64,000 bases of DNA from Polyangiaceae bacterium (lineage in GTDB: Bacteria; Myxococcota_A; Polyangia; Polyangiales; Polyangiaceae). The stretch's first letter is position 1. The number at the start of each line of letters is the position of its first letter. Below are positions 1-10,187 of this stretch, piece after piece. The notes beneath the pieces are model-generated. The model was not told the origin of the DNA and made no database searches. It saw nothing but the letters and a program-made list of their open reading frames with translations. Both the position numbers and the translations under genes were made by a program. The stretch is taken from NCBI GenBank assembly GCA_035063585.1, contig JAPSGB010000011.1, positions 1 through 64,000 on the forward strand. Reading direction: 5' to 3'.

Positions 1-293
1 CGCTGCCCGACGAGCCCGCGCTGCCCGACGAGCCCGCGCTGCCCGACGAGCCCGCGCTGCCCGACGAGCCCGCGCTGCCCGACGAGCCCGCGCTGCCCGA
101 CGAGCCCGCGCTGCCCGACGAACCCGCGCTGCCCGACGAGCCCGCGCTGCCCGACGAGCCCGCGCTGCCCGACGAGCCCGCGCTGCCCGACGAGCCTGCG
201 CTGCCCGACGAGCCCGCGCTGCCCGACGAGCCCGCGCTGCCCGACGAGCCCGCGTTGCCCGACGAGCCCGCGTTGCCCGACGAGCCCGCGCTG
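1..293. repeat. 18-bp tandem repeat CGCTGCCCGACGAGCCCG, about 16 copies
   Basis: Directly visible with a few single-base variants; encodes AGSSGS/AGSSGN on the minus strand. Confidence 0.97.
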
Positions 294-430
294 CTCGTGC
301 CTCCAGAGCCGGCCGTGATGACGCCTGCTCCTCCCGAGCCCGTGTTCGGAGCGACGTCTGCAGCCGAGTCGCAACCCGCGGCGACGCCGACCACCGTGAG
401 CAGCACGAATCCAAGCGAGGTCGTTTTCAT
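1..430 (-). CDS. Lipoprotein with (AGSSGS)n linker, 5' part only (runs off the window start)
   Basis: Manual translation from ATG at 430: MKTTSLGFVLLTVVGVAAGC-DSAAD..., lipobox AAGC, then Gly/Ser repeats. Missing from the ORF track because there is no stop inside the window. Confidence 0.85.
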   Translation of the reverse strand, partial: MKTTSLGFVLLTVVGVAAGCDSAADVAPNTGSGGAGVITAGSGGTSSAGSSGNAGSSGNAGSSGSAGSSGSAGSSGSAGSSGSAGSSGSAGSSGSAGSSGSAGSSGSAGSSGSAGSSGSAGSSGSAGSSGSAGSSGSAGSSGS

Positions 431-610
431 GCTCGCAGGATGCATCAACCCGTCCCGGTCCGCAAAGCACGGGATGACTGCCGCTCGGCCCCCGCGGCAT
501 CTCCGGCTCGAGCCGCGAGCCCACTCGCTCCCTCTTTGGCCCCCCGGTCGCGTGGCCCGCGGCGAGCGAGCCTGGGCTGCTCGCCGCGGGTAGCGCCCGT
601 GCGCTCGCAG

Positions 611-1450
611 CTACTTCTTGGCTGCGGGCGGCGTTGCGGCTGCGGGCGGGGTCACTGCGGTGGGAGCTGCCTTCGGCAGCGCCTTCGGCGTGATGCCGGC
701 CTTGCTCGCGCCCTCACAACCGCGCACGATGTCGGTCGGCTTCCCGTCGCGGAGCAGGATCTTGAACTCCACGCGCCGGTTCTTCTCGAGCGACTCCTCG
801 CTGGTTCCCTCATCGAGCGGGCAGTAGAAGCCGTAGCCTTGCGGCATCAAGCGCTCCTTCGGGACGCCGCGGCCGATGAGCGCCTTCACCACCGACTCCA
901 CGCGCTGCTGCGTCAGGGTGCGGTTGTAGTTCGCGTCACCCTCCTTCGAAGCGTGCCCGCCCACCTCGATGAGCTGGAGCTCCGGGTGCGTCTTGAGCGT
1001 CTCGGCCACGGCGTCGAGCACCGCGTTCGAGGACTCCTCGATCTTCGAAGACGCCTTGGCGAACTGGATCTTCTGGTTGATCTTGACTTCCTGCCCGACG
1101 ATCTGGACGAGCGGCTTCTTGTCGGGGCAGCCGTCCTCGTCCTCGAACTGGTTGACCGTCTCCGGCTCGTTCGGGCACTTATCCTGCGGGATCGGGATCC
1201 CGTCGCCGTCGGCGTCGAGGTTCGGGCAGCCGTCCTTCGGGTCCGGCGGCAGGCCGTCTTCCTTCGCGTCAGGACACTTGTCCGCCTCGTCGGGGATCCC
1301 GTCGCCGTCCCGATCCGCTGGCGGCGGCGGAGGCGGCGCCTCGATTCGCCCGCCGATCTGCGCCTCGCCGGAGCAGCCGACGACGGTCGCGCCCCCGAGC
1401 CCGCACAGTGCGATTGCTGCCATCCACCTGAATTGTCTCGTAAGTTGCAT
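611..1450 (-). CDS. OmpA-family lipoprotein with thrombospondin type-3-like (DxDGDGIPD) repeats
   Basis: Lipobox VVGC; DRDGDGIPDEADKCP repeats; OmpA C-terminal motifs IEVGGH...N..L...R and NRRVEF; GGAGG upstream of ATG 1450. Confidence 0.9.
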   Translation of the reverse strand: MQLTRQFRWMAAIALCGLGGATVVGCSGEAQIGGRIEAPPPPPPADRDGDGIPDEADKCPDAKEDGLPPDPKDGCPNLDADGDGIPIPQDKCPNEPETVNQFEDEDGCPDKKPLVQIVGQEVKINQKIQFAKASSKIEESSNAVLDAVAETLKTHPELQLIEVGGHASKEGDANYNRTLTQQRVESVVKALIGRGVPKERLMPQGYGFYCPLDEGTSEESLEKNRRVEFKILLRDGKPTDIVRGCEGASKAGITPKALPKAAPTAVTPPAAATPPAAKK

Positions 1451-1663
1451 GGTGTTCGAATCCCTCCGTGTAATGGTCGGAGTCAAGCCGCGGTCGCACC
1501 GTCAGCTCGCCTCGTGGCGACGTACTGAGCACCCGGGCCGGACATTCCCACATGGCTCGCGGATAGGAAAGCCCACCCGTCGCAAATTCTCTCCTCTCGC
1601 CCCCGAGATGCGGGGCGCTCACGCTCGAGCCGGCCGCGACGGGGGCTCGGTCGATAGGCGAGA

Positions 1664-2902
1664 TTATGTGTGATTATCAGGGCTTGTGGCTATCTTGAGC
1701 TCCCCGAACCGGACCGCGAAGACGAAGCTGAGCGCGCCACCCTTGGCGGGTGGAAAGCGGAGCTCGCGGATGACGCCCGTGACGCACGCCGACACGCTGG
1801 GGTCCGGGAAGCGGCTCTCGGTCTCGCGAACGCGCCGCGTGCGTCCCCGCTCGTCGAGATCCACCTGGACCTGGACGCGTCCCCAGAGCGCCGGATCGCG
1901 CGCCAGCCCCTCCGCGTAGCATCGCGTGACGGCCTCGCGCGCATCCATGCTCGCGCGCTCCAGCAGGGAAGCGTCGAGCTCGCCGGGGTTCTCGGCGGCG
2001 TCGCTCGGCGCGCTGGTGAGCGGCACCGGGGCGTCGCCGGGCCAGAGCTCGATGGAGAGCTCGACGTCGATCGCCTGCCGCGGGCCGGGCGAGAACTCGA
2101 GCGCGCGCGCTCGCTCGGTGAGGCACCGGCGCACCGCGTCGTCCGGGAGCCGCTCACGGAGCTGCCGCGCCGACCGCGAACCACCGCTCTTCGTCACCCG
2201 GAGGGTGAGCTCGATGGTCCCGTGCAGGCGCTGGTCCCTCCGAAGCCCTTCCTCGAAGCAGAGGCGGAAGGGCCAATAACCCTTCTTGCGGGCTTGCGCG
2301 AGCACGGCCGTCTCGCTGAGCACCCGCTCGAAGCGTCCTCGCCGCCGGTCGTAGGGCGCGCGCTTCGGCAACGCCCCCACCGGGGTCTTCACGTTCACGA
2401 TGACTCGGGCCCCGGGGTGAAAGCCTGGAGAGCTCGAGGGGCGCTTCGGATCGCCGCTGCCCCCGACGTTCCACCGCGCGAGCAGCTCGTCCTGCCCTGC
2501 GGCGTACACCTCGCCCTTCGGCCGGGGGCGCTCGAAGAGCTTATAGGGCCGTTCGAAGCTCACCTTCGGCTCCGGGAGCGCCGGAGCGGGCCCGGGGTGC
2601 TCGGCCGCGGGCTCCGCGGCAGCCGCGGGCTCGGCGGCGGCCAGAGGCACCGGCTCGCTCGCCTCGACGACGACCACGCTCGGGGGGGTCTCGAGATGGT
2701 TGGTTCGGCGCGGTGGATCCGGTGACGCCAGCGCGCCAGGTGGCGTCATCGGGCTGGCGTGCTCGGCTCGGGACGCCGGCGCCGCGCCGCAGCTCGCGAG
2801 GAGCGCGAGCCCGGCGAGCGCGGCGAGTGCGCTGCGGCGTCTGACGGAGCTCGCGACGCGCTCCGCTCCCGAGCCTACTAGTAGATCTTCCCGGTCGGGC
2901 AC
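1664..2902 (-). CDS. Lipoprotein with two AgmX/PglI-like (TonB-C-like) domains
   Basis: Lipobox LASC; two copies of CF/YxxGLxRDxxLxG...V..C....L.F. Start uncertain (GTG 2902 chosen). Confidence 0.75.
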   Translation of the reverse strand: MPDREDLLVGSGAERVASSVRRRSALAALAGLALLASCGAAPASRAEHASPMTPPGALASPDPPRRTNHLETPPSVVVVEASEPVPLAAAEPAAAAEPAAEHPGPAPALPEPKVSFERPYKLFERPRPKGEVYAAGQDELLARWNVGGSGDPKRPSSSPGFHPGARVIVNVKTPVGALPKRAPYDRRRGRFERVLSETAVLAQARKKGYWPFRLCFEEGLRRDQRLHGTIELTLRVTKSGGSRSARQLRERLPDDAVRRCLTERARALEFSPGPRQAIDVELSIELWPGDAPVPLTSAPSDAAENPGELDASLLERASMDAREAVTRCYAEGLARDPALWGRVQVQVDLDERGRTRRVRETESRFPDPSVSACVTGVIRELRFPPAKGGALSFVFAVRFGELKIATSPDNHT

Positions 2903-4182
2903 CCGTACACGACCTTGATCGAGCCGCCCGTCTTGGCCGAGTCGCACGCGGCGCCGCAGAGCAGGATCTTCGAGCGATCGTCGTTGTACTGCCAGCCGTC
3001 CGCGCTCGGCGCGCACGCGCCCTGCGCGCCGGTCGGGCTCACGAAGTTATTGTCGATGGTCACGTTCGCCTTGCCGTAGTCGAACGCGCCGCCGCTCGGG
3101 TTCGCGGGCACGTCCACCTCGCAGCTCAGCACGCTGCCGCTGATCTTGGCGAGCGCGTCCGACAGGGCCGTCGCGAAGTCGACCGAGGGATCGGTCATGT
3201 CGTAGTGGCAGTCGCCCGCGTCCGAGCCCGCCGAGCCCGCCGCGGGCGGATTGGCGGTGTGTGCGCAGGAAGGATCTCGCGGCGTCCCGCCCACGTAGGC
3301 CATCTGCGAGAGCACGGCGCGGCCGTCCTCACTGCCGGGCACGCCAATCACGAAGGTGCGGATGCCGACCGCCGCGGCGTGCGCCACCGGGCACGCCGCC
3401 GGAGACGCCGCGCAGGCGCTCGGATCCGAGTCGATGAAGCCCGGCACCTGGCTCGGCGCGCACGTCTCGAAGCCGTCCGTGAGGAGCACGATGAACTTGT
3501 TCCCCGTGAACGCCTTCTCATGCATGTACTTGTAGCCGTACACGGAGGCGCCGATGATCGGCGTCTGACCGCCCGCGCTCACCACGTCGAGGTATGCGTT
3601 CACGCTCGACGCCCAGGCCGCGTCGAGCGGCTTGACGGTGACGTTCGGCGCCGTGGGGGGACTGCAGTTCGTGCCCTCGTTCGGGAACGTGGACAGGCCG
3701 ACGCTCGTGGTACCGCCCACCGACAAGGCGGTGATCGCCGCCTGCAGCGCGGGCTTGGTGAGCTCCCACTTGGACGGCTTGCTCACGTCGCGCTTGGTCG
3801 GGTGGGTCTCACAGTCTGCCGTCGACTGTCCGTCGGCCGGGAGGTTGCAGTTCATGCTGCCGCTGCGATCGACCACGAACAAGATGTTGGCCGGGACGAG
3901 ACTGCTCGCGATGTTGGTCTGCTCGCAGCCCCCGTCGGCGTTCTGCGAGCCGCCCGACGCCCCGGAGTCGTCGAGGCTGATGCCGCCGCCGCTGCCCGTG
4001 CCGTTGCCGCTCCCGCTGGTGGCGGCGCCACCACCCGAGCCGCCCGCGCCGCTCCCGCCCGTGCCATTGCCGCTGGCGGCGCCGCCGACGTTGTTGGCGA
4101 CGTCCGGGTCGTCCGAGCCGCAGCCGACATAAAAGGCCAAACAGACGCCCGAGAGGGCAACCAGGGACTTGCGGTAGCTCAC
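2878..4182 (-). CDS. von Willebrand factor A domain lipoprotein
   Basis: Lipobox YVGC, Gly-rich linker, MIDAS motif DRSGSM, GQTP, LLTDG; Cys-rich myxobacterial-type C-terminus (GWQY...LCG.AC). Confidence 0.88.
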   Translation of the reverse strand: MSYRKSLVALSGVCLAFYVGCGSDDPDVANNVGGAASGNGTGGSGAGGSGGGAATSGSGNGTGSGGGISLDDSGASGGSQNADGGCEQTNIASSLVPANILFVVDRSGSMNCNLPADGQSTADCETHPTKRDVSKPSKWELTKPALQAAITALSVGGTTSVGLSTFPNEGTNCSPPTAPNVTVKPLDAAWASSVNAYLDVVSAGGQTPIIGASVYGYKYMHEKAFTGNKFIVLLTDGFETCAPSQVPGFIDSDPSACAASPAACPVAHAAAVGIRTFVIGVPGSEDGRAVLSQMAYVGGTPRDPSCAHTANPPAAGSAGSDAGDCHYDMTDPSVDFATALSDALAKISGSVLSCEVDVPANPSGGAFDYGKANVTIDNNFVSPTGAQGACAPSADGWQYNDDRSKILLCGAACDSAKTGGSIKVVYGCPTGKIY

Positions 4183-4390
4183 GTGGTTCACCGTACGGCT
4201 GAAGGGTGATGAGGAGCGAAGCGGGTTACGAGCCAAGGCTGGCACCTCCCGAATAGTATCACGTTCTCGCCCGGTCGCAGCGGGCTTCTCGGGGCGGTTC
4301 GCGGTTGAAGGTCGGCCGCGCCCGCGCGTAGAGTGCGGGCGCGCGGCGGGGCGCGCGAGCGACGGGGCACGAGCTGGGAGCAAGAGCGAC

Positions 4391-5872
4391 ATGGCCGATG
4401 CAGTGGAGTTCGAGCACGGGTCCGGGTTCACGCCGGGCGAAGTCGCGGGAGGGCTCGGGTTCGGCCCCCTCGAGATCCAGTATGAGGAGCTCTTCGCGGA
4501 GGCGCTCGAAGACGGGGTCATCACCGCCGATGAGCGCTCGCGCCTCGAGAAAGCGGCCGATAACCTCGGCCTCGACCGACAGCGGCTCCTCCGCCTCGAG
4601 CAGGCGATGGTGGCCGCCTATCAGACTCGCCACCGCGTGCAGATCGTCGAGCACTACGAGGAGCCCGCGGCGTCTCTGGCCCCGCTCCGCGTCGAGGCCG
4701 CCGGCGACGCCGGCAAGGCGCTCCTCCTCAAGCGCGTCGAGCAGCTCGAGCAAAGGGTGCGCGACCTCGAAGAGGAGCTCCGGCGGGCGCAGGCGGCGGT
4801 CAACGTCGAGGTCGATCTCAGCGGCCTCGACGCCGCCGCCGAGGACGCCTCCGAGGACGCCTCCGACTGGTGGCGGCGCATCCGCCGCGATCCGCTGAAG
4901 GTCGAGGGCTATCGCGCGCTCTATCGGATCCACGGCGCTCGGGGGGACCGTGACGCGGAGTGGTGCGCGGCGCAGGCGCTGGTCGCGCTCGGCGAGGCGA
5001 AGCCCGAGGAGCGCGCGGTGTTCGAGAAGCACCGCGCGCGGGGGCTCATCGCGCCCCGCGGCGGCGTGTCGCAGGCCGCCTGGTACGACTGCCTCTTCCA
5101 TCCGGAGGAGGAGCCGCTCACCGGGCAGATCCTTGGCGTCATAGCGCCGGCCGTGCTGCTCGGGCGGGTGACCGCGCTCCGCCGCGACGGCTCGCTCCGC
5201 CAGCCGGATCCGGCGTCGCGGCAAGACCCCGCGACGGCGACCGTCACCGCGGTGCGCGCGCTCGGGTGGGGCGCCGCCATCCTCGGGCTCGCGCTGCCGC
5301 CCATCTACCTCGAGAAGGAGCGCGAGGTCGCCTATGAGCACCTGCCCGCCATCCCGCCGGTCACCGTCATCGGCAAGCGCGCGCTCACCGGGCGCACGCA
5401 GCTCGAGCATGCGTTCCTGGTAGGGCGCCACCTGAGCTATTACCGCCAAGAGCACTATGTGAAGACGCTCTTCAACGCGGTGCCGGACCTCGAGGATCTC
5501 TTCCTCGCGGCGCTCACCCTCGGCAACCCGGGGCTCCCCATCGCCGAGGACATGAAGCGTCGCGTGACGCCCATCGCCAAGGCGTTCGAGCCGGTGCTCG
5601 AGCCGGCGCAGATCGACGCGCTGCGCGGCCACTTCCTCCGCTTCGTCGAGGAGGGCGGGCGCACCAACCTGCAGCGGTGGAGCTTGGCCGTCGAGAAGAC
5701 GGCGTGCCGCGCCGGGATGCTGCTGTCGAACGATCTCGGCACCGCGCTGTCGCTCCTCGAGCACGAGGAGGGCGCGCGCGGCGAGCTCGGCAAGGAGCTG
5801 CTCGCGTTCACCGTCAGCGATCGCTACCTGCAGCTCCGCCGGCAGCTGGGGATTTCGCTCGATCAGAGCTGA
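4391..5872 (+). CDS. Hypothetical protein; coiled coil plus a C-terminal domain resembling the end of large myxobacterial TPR (AgmK-like) proteins
   Basis: 493-aa ORF with typical codon bias; C-terminal TACRAGMLL...ELLAF.VS..Y..LR..LG motif. Confidence 0.7.
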   Translation: MADAVEFEHGSGFTPGEVAGGLGFGPLEIQYEELFAEALEDGVITADERSRLEKAADNLGLDRQRLLRLEQAMVAAYQTRHRVQIVEHYEEPAASLAPLRVEAAGDAGKALLLKRVEQLEQRVRDLEEELRRAQAAVNVEVDLSGLDAAAEDASEDASDWWRRIRRDPLKVEGYRALYRIHGARGDRDAEWCAAQALVALGEAKPEERAVFEKHRARGLIAPRGGVSQAAWYDCLFHPEEEPLTGQILGVIAPAVLLGRVTALRRDGSLRQPDPASRQDPATATVTAVRALGWGAAILGLALPPIYLEKEREVAYEHLPAIPPVTVIGKRALTGRTQLEHAFLVGRHLSYYRQEHYVKTLFNAVPDLEDLFLAALTLGNPGLPIAEDMKRRVTPIAKAFEPVLEPAQIDALRGHFLRFVEEGGRTNLQRWSLAVEKTACRAGMLLSNDLGTALSLLEHEEGARGELGKELLAFTVSDRYLQLRRQLGISLDQS

Positions 5873-6660
5873 GCCGTCCGCTCGTGAGCGCGGGCGTCGC
5901 CGCGCGCCTCCGCTTCGAGCATCTGCCACACGAGACGCGTGGCGGCCGCCACCCCAACCGGCAGGAGCAAGACGCTGAAGCAGGGCACCGCGAACAGCAG
6001 CCCGAACGCGGCGGCGAACCCGAGCAGCGCGGCGCGGTGGCGACCGATGAGCGCCGCGCGCTCCCGAACCCCGACGCCGCGCAGCGTGAGCGGGTAGTCG
6101 AGCAGGTTCCACGACAGCGCGAGCGCGGTGACCAGGAACTGGAGCGGCGCGGTGACGAGCGCGAGCGGCGGCGCGAGCCAGGTCGCCACCGAGAGCAGCG
6201 CGAGGAGCGGCAGCGCGACCGCACCTCCCACGACTTGCGCGCGGAGCGCGCACCACGCCTCGCGCAGCCAGCCGAGGGACGCGCGCCGAGGAGCGCCGAG
6301 CGCGCGCTCCTCGGCCGCGACGATGCCCTCGAGTGCGGGCCCGGCGAGCACGGGTGCGATCGCGAACGCGAAGAGCACGCCGACGAGCGTGGCCGCGACC
6401 GCCGCGAGCCAGCCGACGAGCTCGGCCCCGAGGCGCGCGAGGGTGCTCGCCGCCGGGATCCATGCGGCCACCGCGGGGCGGAGCCGAGCGATGGCTGCCC
6501 AGGTCGCGACCGAGCCGAGGGCGGTGACCAGCAGGCCGGGGAGGGCGGCGTGTGGCCAGATCGCCGGCGTGACCGCCACGAACCGCGCGCCGCTCGCGAG
6601 CGATGAGAGCCCGGCCCAGAATCCGGGCGCGGTCGGGGTCGAGGGGTGCGGGGTGGTCAT
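5863..6660 (-). CDS. EI24/CysZ-family membrane protein
   Basis: Multiple TM helices; motifs LAGPALE, LDYPL and LLPVGVAAAT. Confidence 0.8.
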   Translation of the reverse strand: MTTPHPSTPTAPGFWAGLSSLASGARFVAVTPAIWPHAALPGLLVTALGSVATWAAIARLRPAVAAWIPAASTLARLGAELVGWLAAVAATLVGVLFAFAIAPVLAGPALEGIVAAEERALGAPRRASLGWLREAWCALRAQVVGGAVALPLLALLSVATWLAPPLALVTAPLQFLVTALALSWNLLDYPLTLRGVGVRERAALIGRHRAALLGFAAAFGLLFAVPCFSVLLLPVGVAAATRLVWQMLEAEARGDARAHERTAQL

Positions 6661-6839
6661 GGGGCGGGCCCCCGGATGATAGCGGGTTCTCCGCGCCCGC
6701 CCCGCCGTCGTGCCGCCGGCCGCGCCGGACCGGCGAACCCTCGGAGCGGGGTGGTTCGGCACGCGCGGATGTTTCCCCGGCTCCGGTTTCGTGATGGTAC
6801 GCTCCGCGTGGGACGCGAGCGGGCGGGAGCGTTTGGGTA

Positions 6840-8717
6840 ATGGCAGAGGACGTCTTCGGAATCGTTGGAAGCGTCATCGCCGGCACGTATCAGGTGGAGG
6901 CGGTGGTCGCCGAGGGCGGCTTCGGCGTCGTCTACCGCGCGCACCACATCGGGTTTCGAGCGCCGGTCGCGCTGAAATGCTTGAAGATCCCGCAGCAGCT
7001 CGGCGCCGACTATCAGGCGGACTTCCTCGAGCAATTTCGCGCCGAGGCCGAGCTCCTGTTTCGACTCTCCGCGAGCATCTCCACCGTGGTCCGACCGCTG
7101 CACGTCGACGCGGTGACGATCGGCGAGGGCGCCTTCGTACCGTTCATGGCGCTCGAGTGGCTCGAAGGCGAGACGCTCGACGCGATCGTGAATCGGCGCA
7201 AGGCGAGTGGGCAGCCCCCGATCTCGTTGAAGAAGCTCGCGCGGCTGCTCACGCCGGTCGCGCGGGCGCTCGAGCGCGCGCACAACTTCCCCGCGCCCGG
7301 CGGCTCCGTGTCGATCGTCCACCGGGATGTGAAGCCCGAGAACATCTTCGTCGCGCGGGTGGCGGACGAGCAGGTCGTAAAAATCCTGGATTTCGGGATC
7401 GGCAAGGCGAAGAGCGTCGCGAGCCAGGTGGCGGGTCGCGCCAGCCAGACGCACAGCCGGATCTCGTCGTTCACGCCGGCGTACGGCGCGCCGGAGCAGT
7501 GGGTGCCGAAGCGCTACGGGCAGACGGGGCCGTGGACGGACGTCTGGGGGCTGGCGCTCACGCTCGTCGAGTCGCTCGCCGCGCGCCCCATCATCGACGG
7601 CGATCAGGCCGCGATGATGGGGACGGCGCTCGACCCGAGCCGTCGCCCGACGCCGCGCGCGGAGGGCATCGCGGTCTCCGACGCGGTCGAGGCGGTCTTC
7701 GCGCGGGCGCTGGCCGTCGACCCGCGGGAGCGATACGCCCACGCGGGGATCTTTTGGGACGACCTGCTCGCGTCGCTCGGGCTCGAGTCCGCGCCGGACG
7801 CCGGTTCGAGCCGCTCGGCCGCGGCGCGCGATCTCCGCTCGGACGGCCTCTCCGCACCGCGCGTCGAGCGGTTCGAGCCTGCGCCGCGCTCCGGCTCGTC
7901 GCATGCGTCGGGCGCGCGCCCGATCGGCGTGGAGCCTGCGCGCGAGGCGCTTCCGCTCGACGCGGTCGGCGCGCCGAGCGGGAGCTCCGGGGCGGCCTGG
8001 CCGGCGATCGGGATGCTCGCCCGCTCGGGCTCGGGGGAGCACGCCGCGGTCGGCTTCGGCGCGGGTGGGGCCGCCCTCGCCGGGCTGTCGCTCGAGCTCG
8101 AGCCCGCGCCCGCGCCGCGTCGAGCGACCCCAGCGCGCGCGGAGGCGGCACCGAGCGCCGGCCGCGGCGGAGCAGACGAGCGGCGCGCCGGCCCGCTCGA
8201 CGCGAACGGGATGCTGGACCTCGACGATGAGCTCACGGGCGGTTCCGTCGAGCTCGCGCTCGACCTCGCCGCCGGCGAGGCGCCCTCGCGCCGCCCGCCG
8301 AGCGGCTCGCTTCCCGCCGTGCGGAGCGAGCCGAGCCTGACGCCCCCGCCGCGGTCGTCGTCCGGGAGCAGCGGCGGGTGGGCCGCGGTGAAGAGCTCCC
8401 CGACCGCGGCGCCGCCCCCCGTCGCGTCCGCGGTCGGCACACCGCTGCCGGCGAGCCGCTCATCGATGGCCGAGGCGGTTCGCAGCGTCGCGCCGCCGAT
8501 TCGACCCGCCCAGCAGGAGACCATCCTCCACCGGCTGAAGCCCGGGGTCGTCATGGTCGCCTCGAGCATCGTCGTGACGCTGGTAGATCAGGCCTACGCC
8601 TCCGCCACCGGGTCGGTGCTCGGGCTCGGTCCCGTGCGGCTGGGCTGGCTCGCCGCGCTCCTCATGCTCGGCGGGGTCGCGGTGGTCGTGGTGCGGCTGC
8701 TCCCGCAGGATCGGTGA
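6840..8717 (+). CDS. Ser/Thr protein kinase with two C-terminal TM helices
   Basis: EGGFGVVY, VALK, HRDVKPEN, DFG, YGAPE, DVWG; low-complexity linker; hydrophobic C-terminus. Confidence 0.93.
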   Translation: MAEDVFGIVGSVIAGTYQVEAVVAEGGFGVVYRAHHIGFRAPVALKCLKIPQQLGADYQADFLEQFRAEAELLFRLSASISTVVRPLHVDAVTIGEGAFVPFMALEWLEGETLDAIVNRRKASGQPPISLKKLARLLTPVARALERAHNFPAPGGSVSIVHRDVKPENIFVARVADEQVVKILDFGIGKAKSVASQVAGRASQTHSRISSFTPAYGAPEQWVPKRYGQTGPWTDVWGLALTLVESLAARPIIDGDQAAMMGTALDPSRRPTPRAEGIAVSDAVEAVFARALAVDPRERYAHAGIFWDDLLASLGLESAPDAGSSRSAAARDLRSDGLSAPRVERFEPAPRSGSSHASGARPIGVEPAREALPLDAVGAPSGSSGAAWPAIGMLARSGSGEHAAVGFGAGGAALAGLSLELEPAPAPRRATPARAEAAPSAGRGGADERRAGPLDANGMLDLDDELTGGSVELALDLAAGEAPSRRPPSGSLPAVRSEPSLTPPPRSSSGSSGGWAAVKSSPTAAPPPVASAVGTPLPASRSSMAEAVRSVAPPIRPAQQETILHRLKPGVVMVASSIVVTLVDQAYASATGSVLGLGPVRLGWLAALLMLGGVAVVVVRLLPQDR

Positions 8718-8780
8718 GGGGCTCGGGCGGGGTAGCTTTCTCGTTCGAAGCGAGCTAGGTTTTCGGCAAAGGGAGGCGAC

Positions 8781-9782
8781 ATGGAGGGGTCCAGCGCAGT
8801 GAGGAGAGACGAACCGCTCGGCGGCGCCGCCCGCTTCGTGAGTGACGCGCTCGACTTGCAGGAAGAACGCCTCCGGATCGTGCTCGAGGCCTGCTCGGAC
8901 GCGGTGCTCGTGGTGCGGGGTGGGGTGGTGCTCCAGGGGAACCCGGCCGCGGCGCGCTTGTTCGGCGGCGCCGCGGGAGCGCTCGTGGGTCGGCAGCTCG
9001 TGGAGCTCATCGAGTCCCGCGTGCTCGATCTGTTGAAGAGCGAGGACGAGGGCGGGGCCTCGAGCGAGTCGACCCCGCGCGAGCTCGTCTGCATTCGTCA
9101 GGACGGCGCGCTGGTTCCGGTCGAGGCGATCTTCACGCAGCCGGCGAACAGCGACCCGACGATTCGCTACGTATTCCTCCGCGATCTGAGCGAGCGCAAG
9201 CGGCTGGAGGCCGCGCTCGAGCGCGCAGCGTGCTCGGCGGCGGAGCTCCTCGCACGGCTTGGCGGAGGTACCGGCCCGGCCCCAGGCAACGCCTCGGCGG
9301 ACGTCGCGGCGGCCATCCTCGAGGTGGCGCGCCTGCTCGCGCTCGATGCGGGCCGCCTCGAGCCGACACGCGCGCCGCCGCCGCGCGAAGCAGCACGCGC
9401 CGGGCGGTCGGCAGTGCTCGTGTGTGACGACGAGCGCCGTCTGGCCGAGCTCACGGTGAGCCTGCTCGAGAGCATGGGTTACGACGCGACCACCGCCGGC
9501 AGCGTCCAGGGCGTGATGGATGCGCTCCGCGCCGGCGCCGCGCGGTTCGACGTCCTGCTCCTCGACGTGAGCCTTCCACCGGGAAACGCGGGCGACGTGC
9601 TCCGCCAGATGAAGGCCGAGGGCATCCGCCTGCCGGTGATCCTCACCAGCGGCTACGCGGAGGAGGACGTGCCTGCCGAGCTCCTCGCCGATCCGCAGGT
9701 CGTCCGCTATCTCGCCAAGCCGTGCGCGTTCGACCGCCTCGTAGAGACGCTCGAGGAGTTCGCGCTCGAGCGAGGGGCGTAG
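8781..9782 (+). CDS. PAS + receiver domain response regulator
   Basis: PAS motifs (NPAAARLFG...RQDG...RDLSERK); REC motifs VCDDE, LLDV.LP, TSG, KP. Confidence 0.85.
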   Translation: MEGSSAVRRDEPLGGAARFVSDALDLQEERLRIVLEACSDAVLVVRGGVVLQGNPAAARLFGGAAGALVGRQLVELIESRVLDLLKSEDEGGASSESTPRELVCIRQDGALVPVEAIFTQPANSDPTIRYVFLRDLSERKRLEAALERAACSAAELLARLGGGTGPAPGNASADVAAAILEVARLLALDAGRLEPTRAPPPREAARAGRSAVLVCDDERRLAELTVSLLESMGYDATTAGSVQGVMDALRAGAARFDVLLLDVSLPPGNAGDVLRQMKAEGIRLPVILTSGYAEEDVPAELLADPQVVRYLAKPCAFDRLVETLEEFALERGA

Positions 9783-9905
9783 CGCGCGGGCGCGCGGCGC
9801 GAGTCGGCGCCGGGGCCGATCGGCGACCGCGTGAGCTCCACGGCGTGAGCCGCAGGGAGTCCGGGGGGTCGGTTCGGCGCGGAATCCCGCTCGCGCGTGC
9901 CCGCT

Positions 9906-10187
9906 CTAGCGCGCGGCGCCCGACGCGTCTTCAGCGGGGGCGGACACCTCGCGATAGCTGACCGCGTCGCGGTAGAACGAGCGCAGCACGTTTCGGCCAC
10001 AGAACGGGCAGTTCCACCCAATCTGGAACCACTCCTCACCCGCACGGATGGCGTGCGCGGGCGCCGGACGCTCGCGCCTGCGGACTCGCTCGCGGGAGTA
10101 GCCCCGGATGACGTAGCCGTTCTCGTCGAGCTCGGCGCGGAGCCGGGCCTGGCACTCGCAGACTGTCAATACGGTAGCAACTCTCAC
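9906..10187 (-). CDS. Small putative Zn-binding protein (CxC...CxxC), 93 aa
   Basis: C-terminal part of track ORF 9906..11162 from GTG 10187: ...TVCECQA...WNCPFCGRN. Confidence 0.6.
   Translation of the reverse strand: MRVATVLTVCECQARLRAELDENGYVIRGYSRERVRRRERPAPAHAIRAGEEWFQIGWNCPFCGRNVLRSFYRDAVSYREVSAPAEDASGAAR

Noticed and set aside
1..593. Plus-strand (LPDEPA)n ORF, or a CRISPR reading of the 18-bp repeat
   Set aside because: There are no spacers, and the minus strand gives a clear lipoprotein signal peptide in frame with the repeat.
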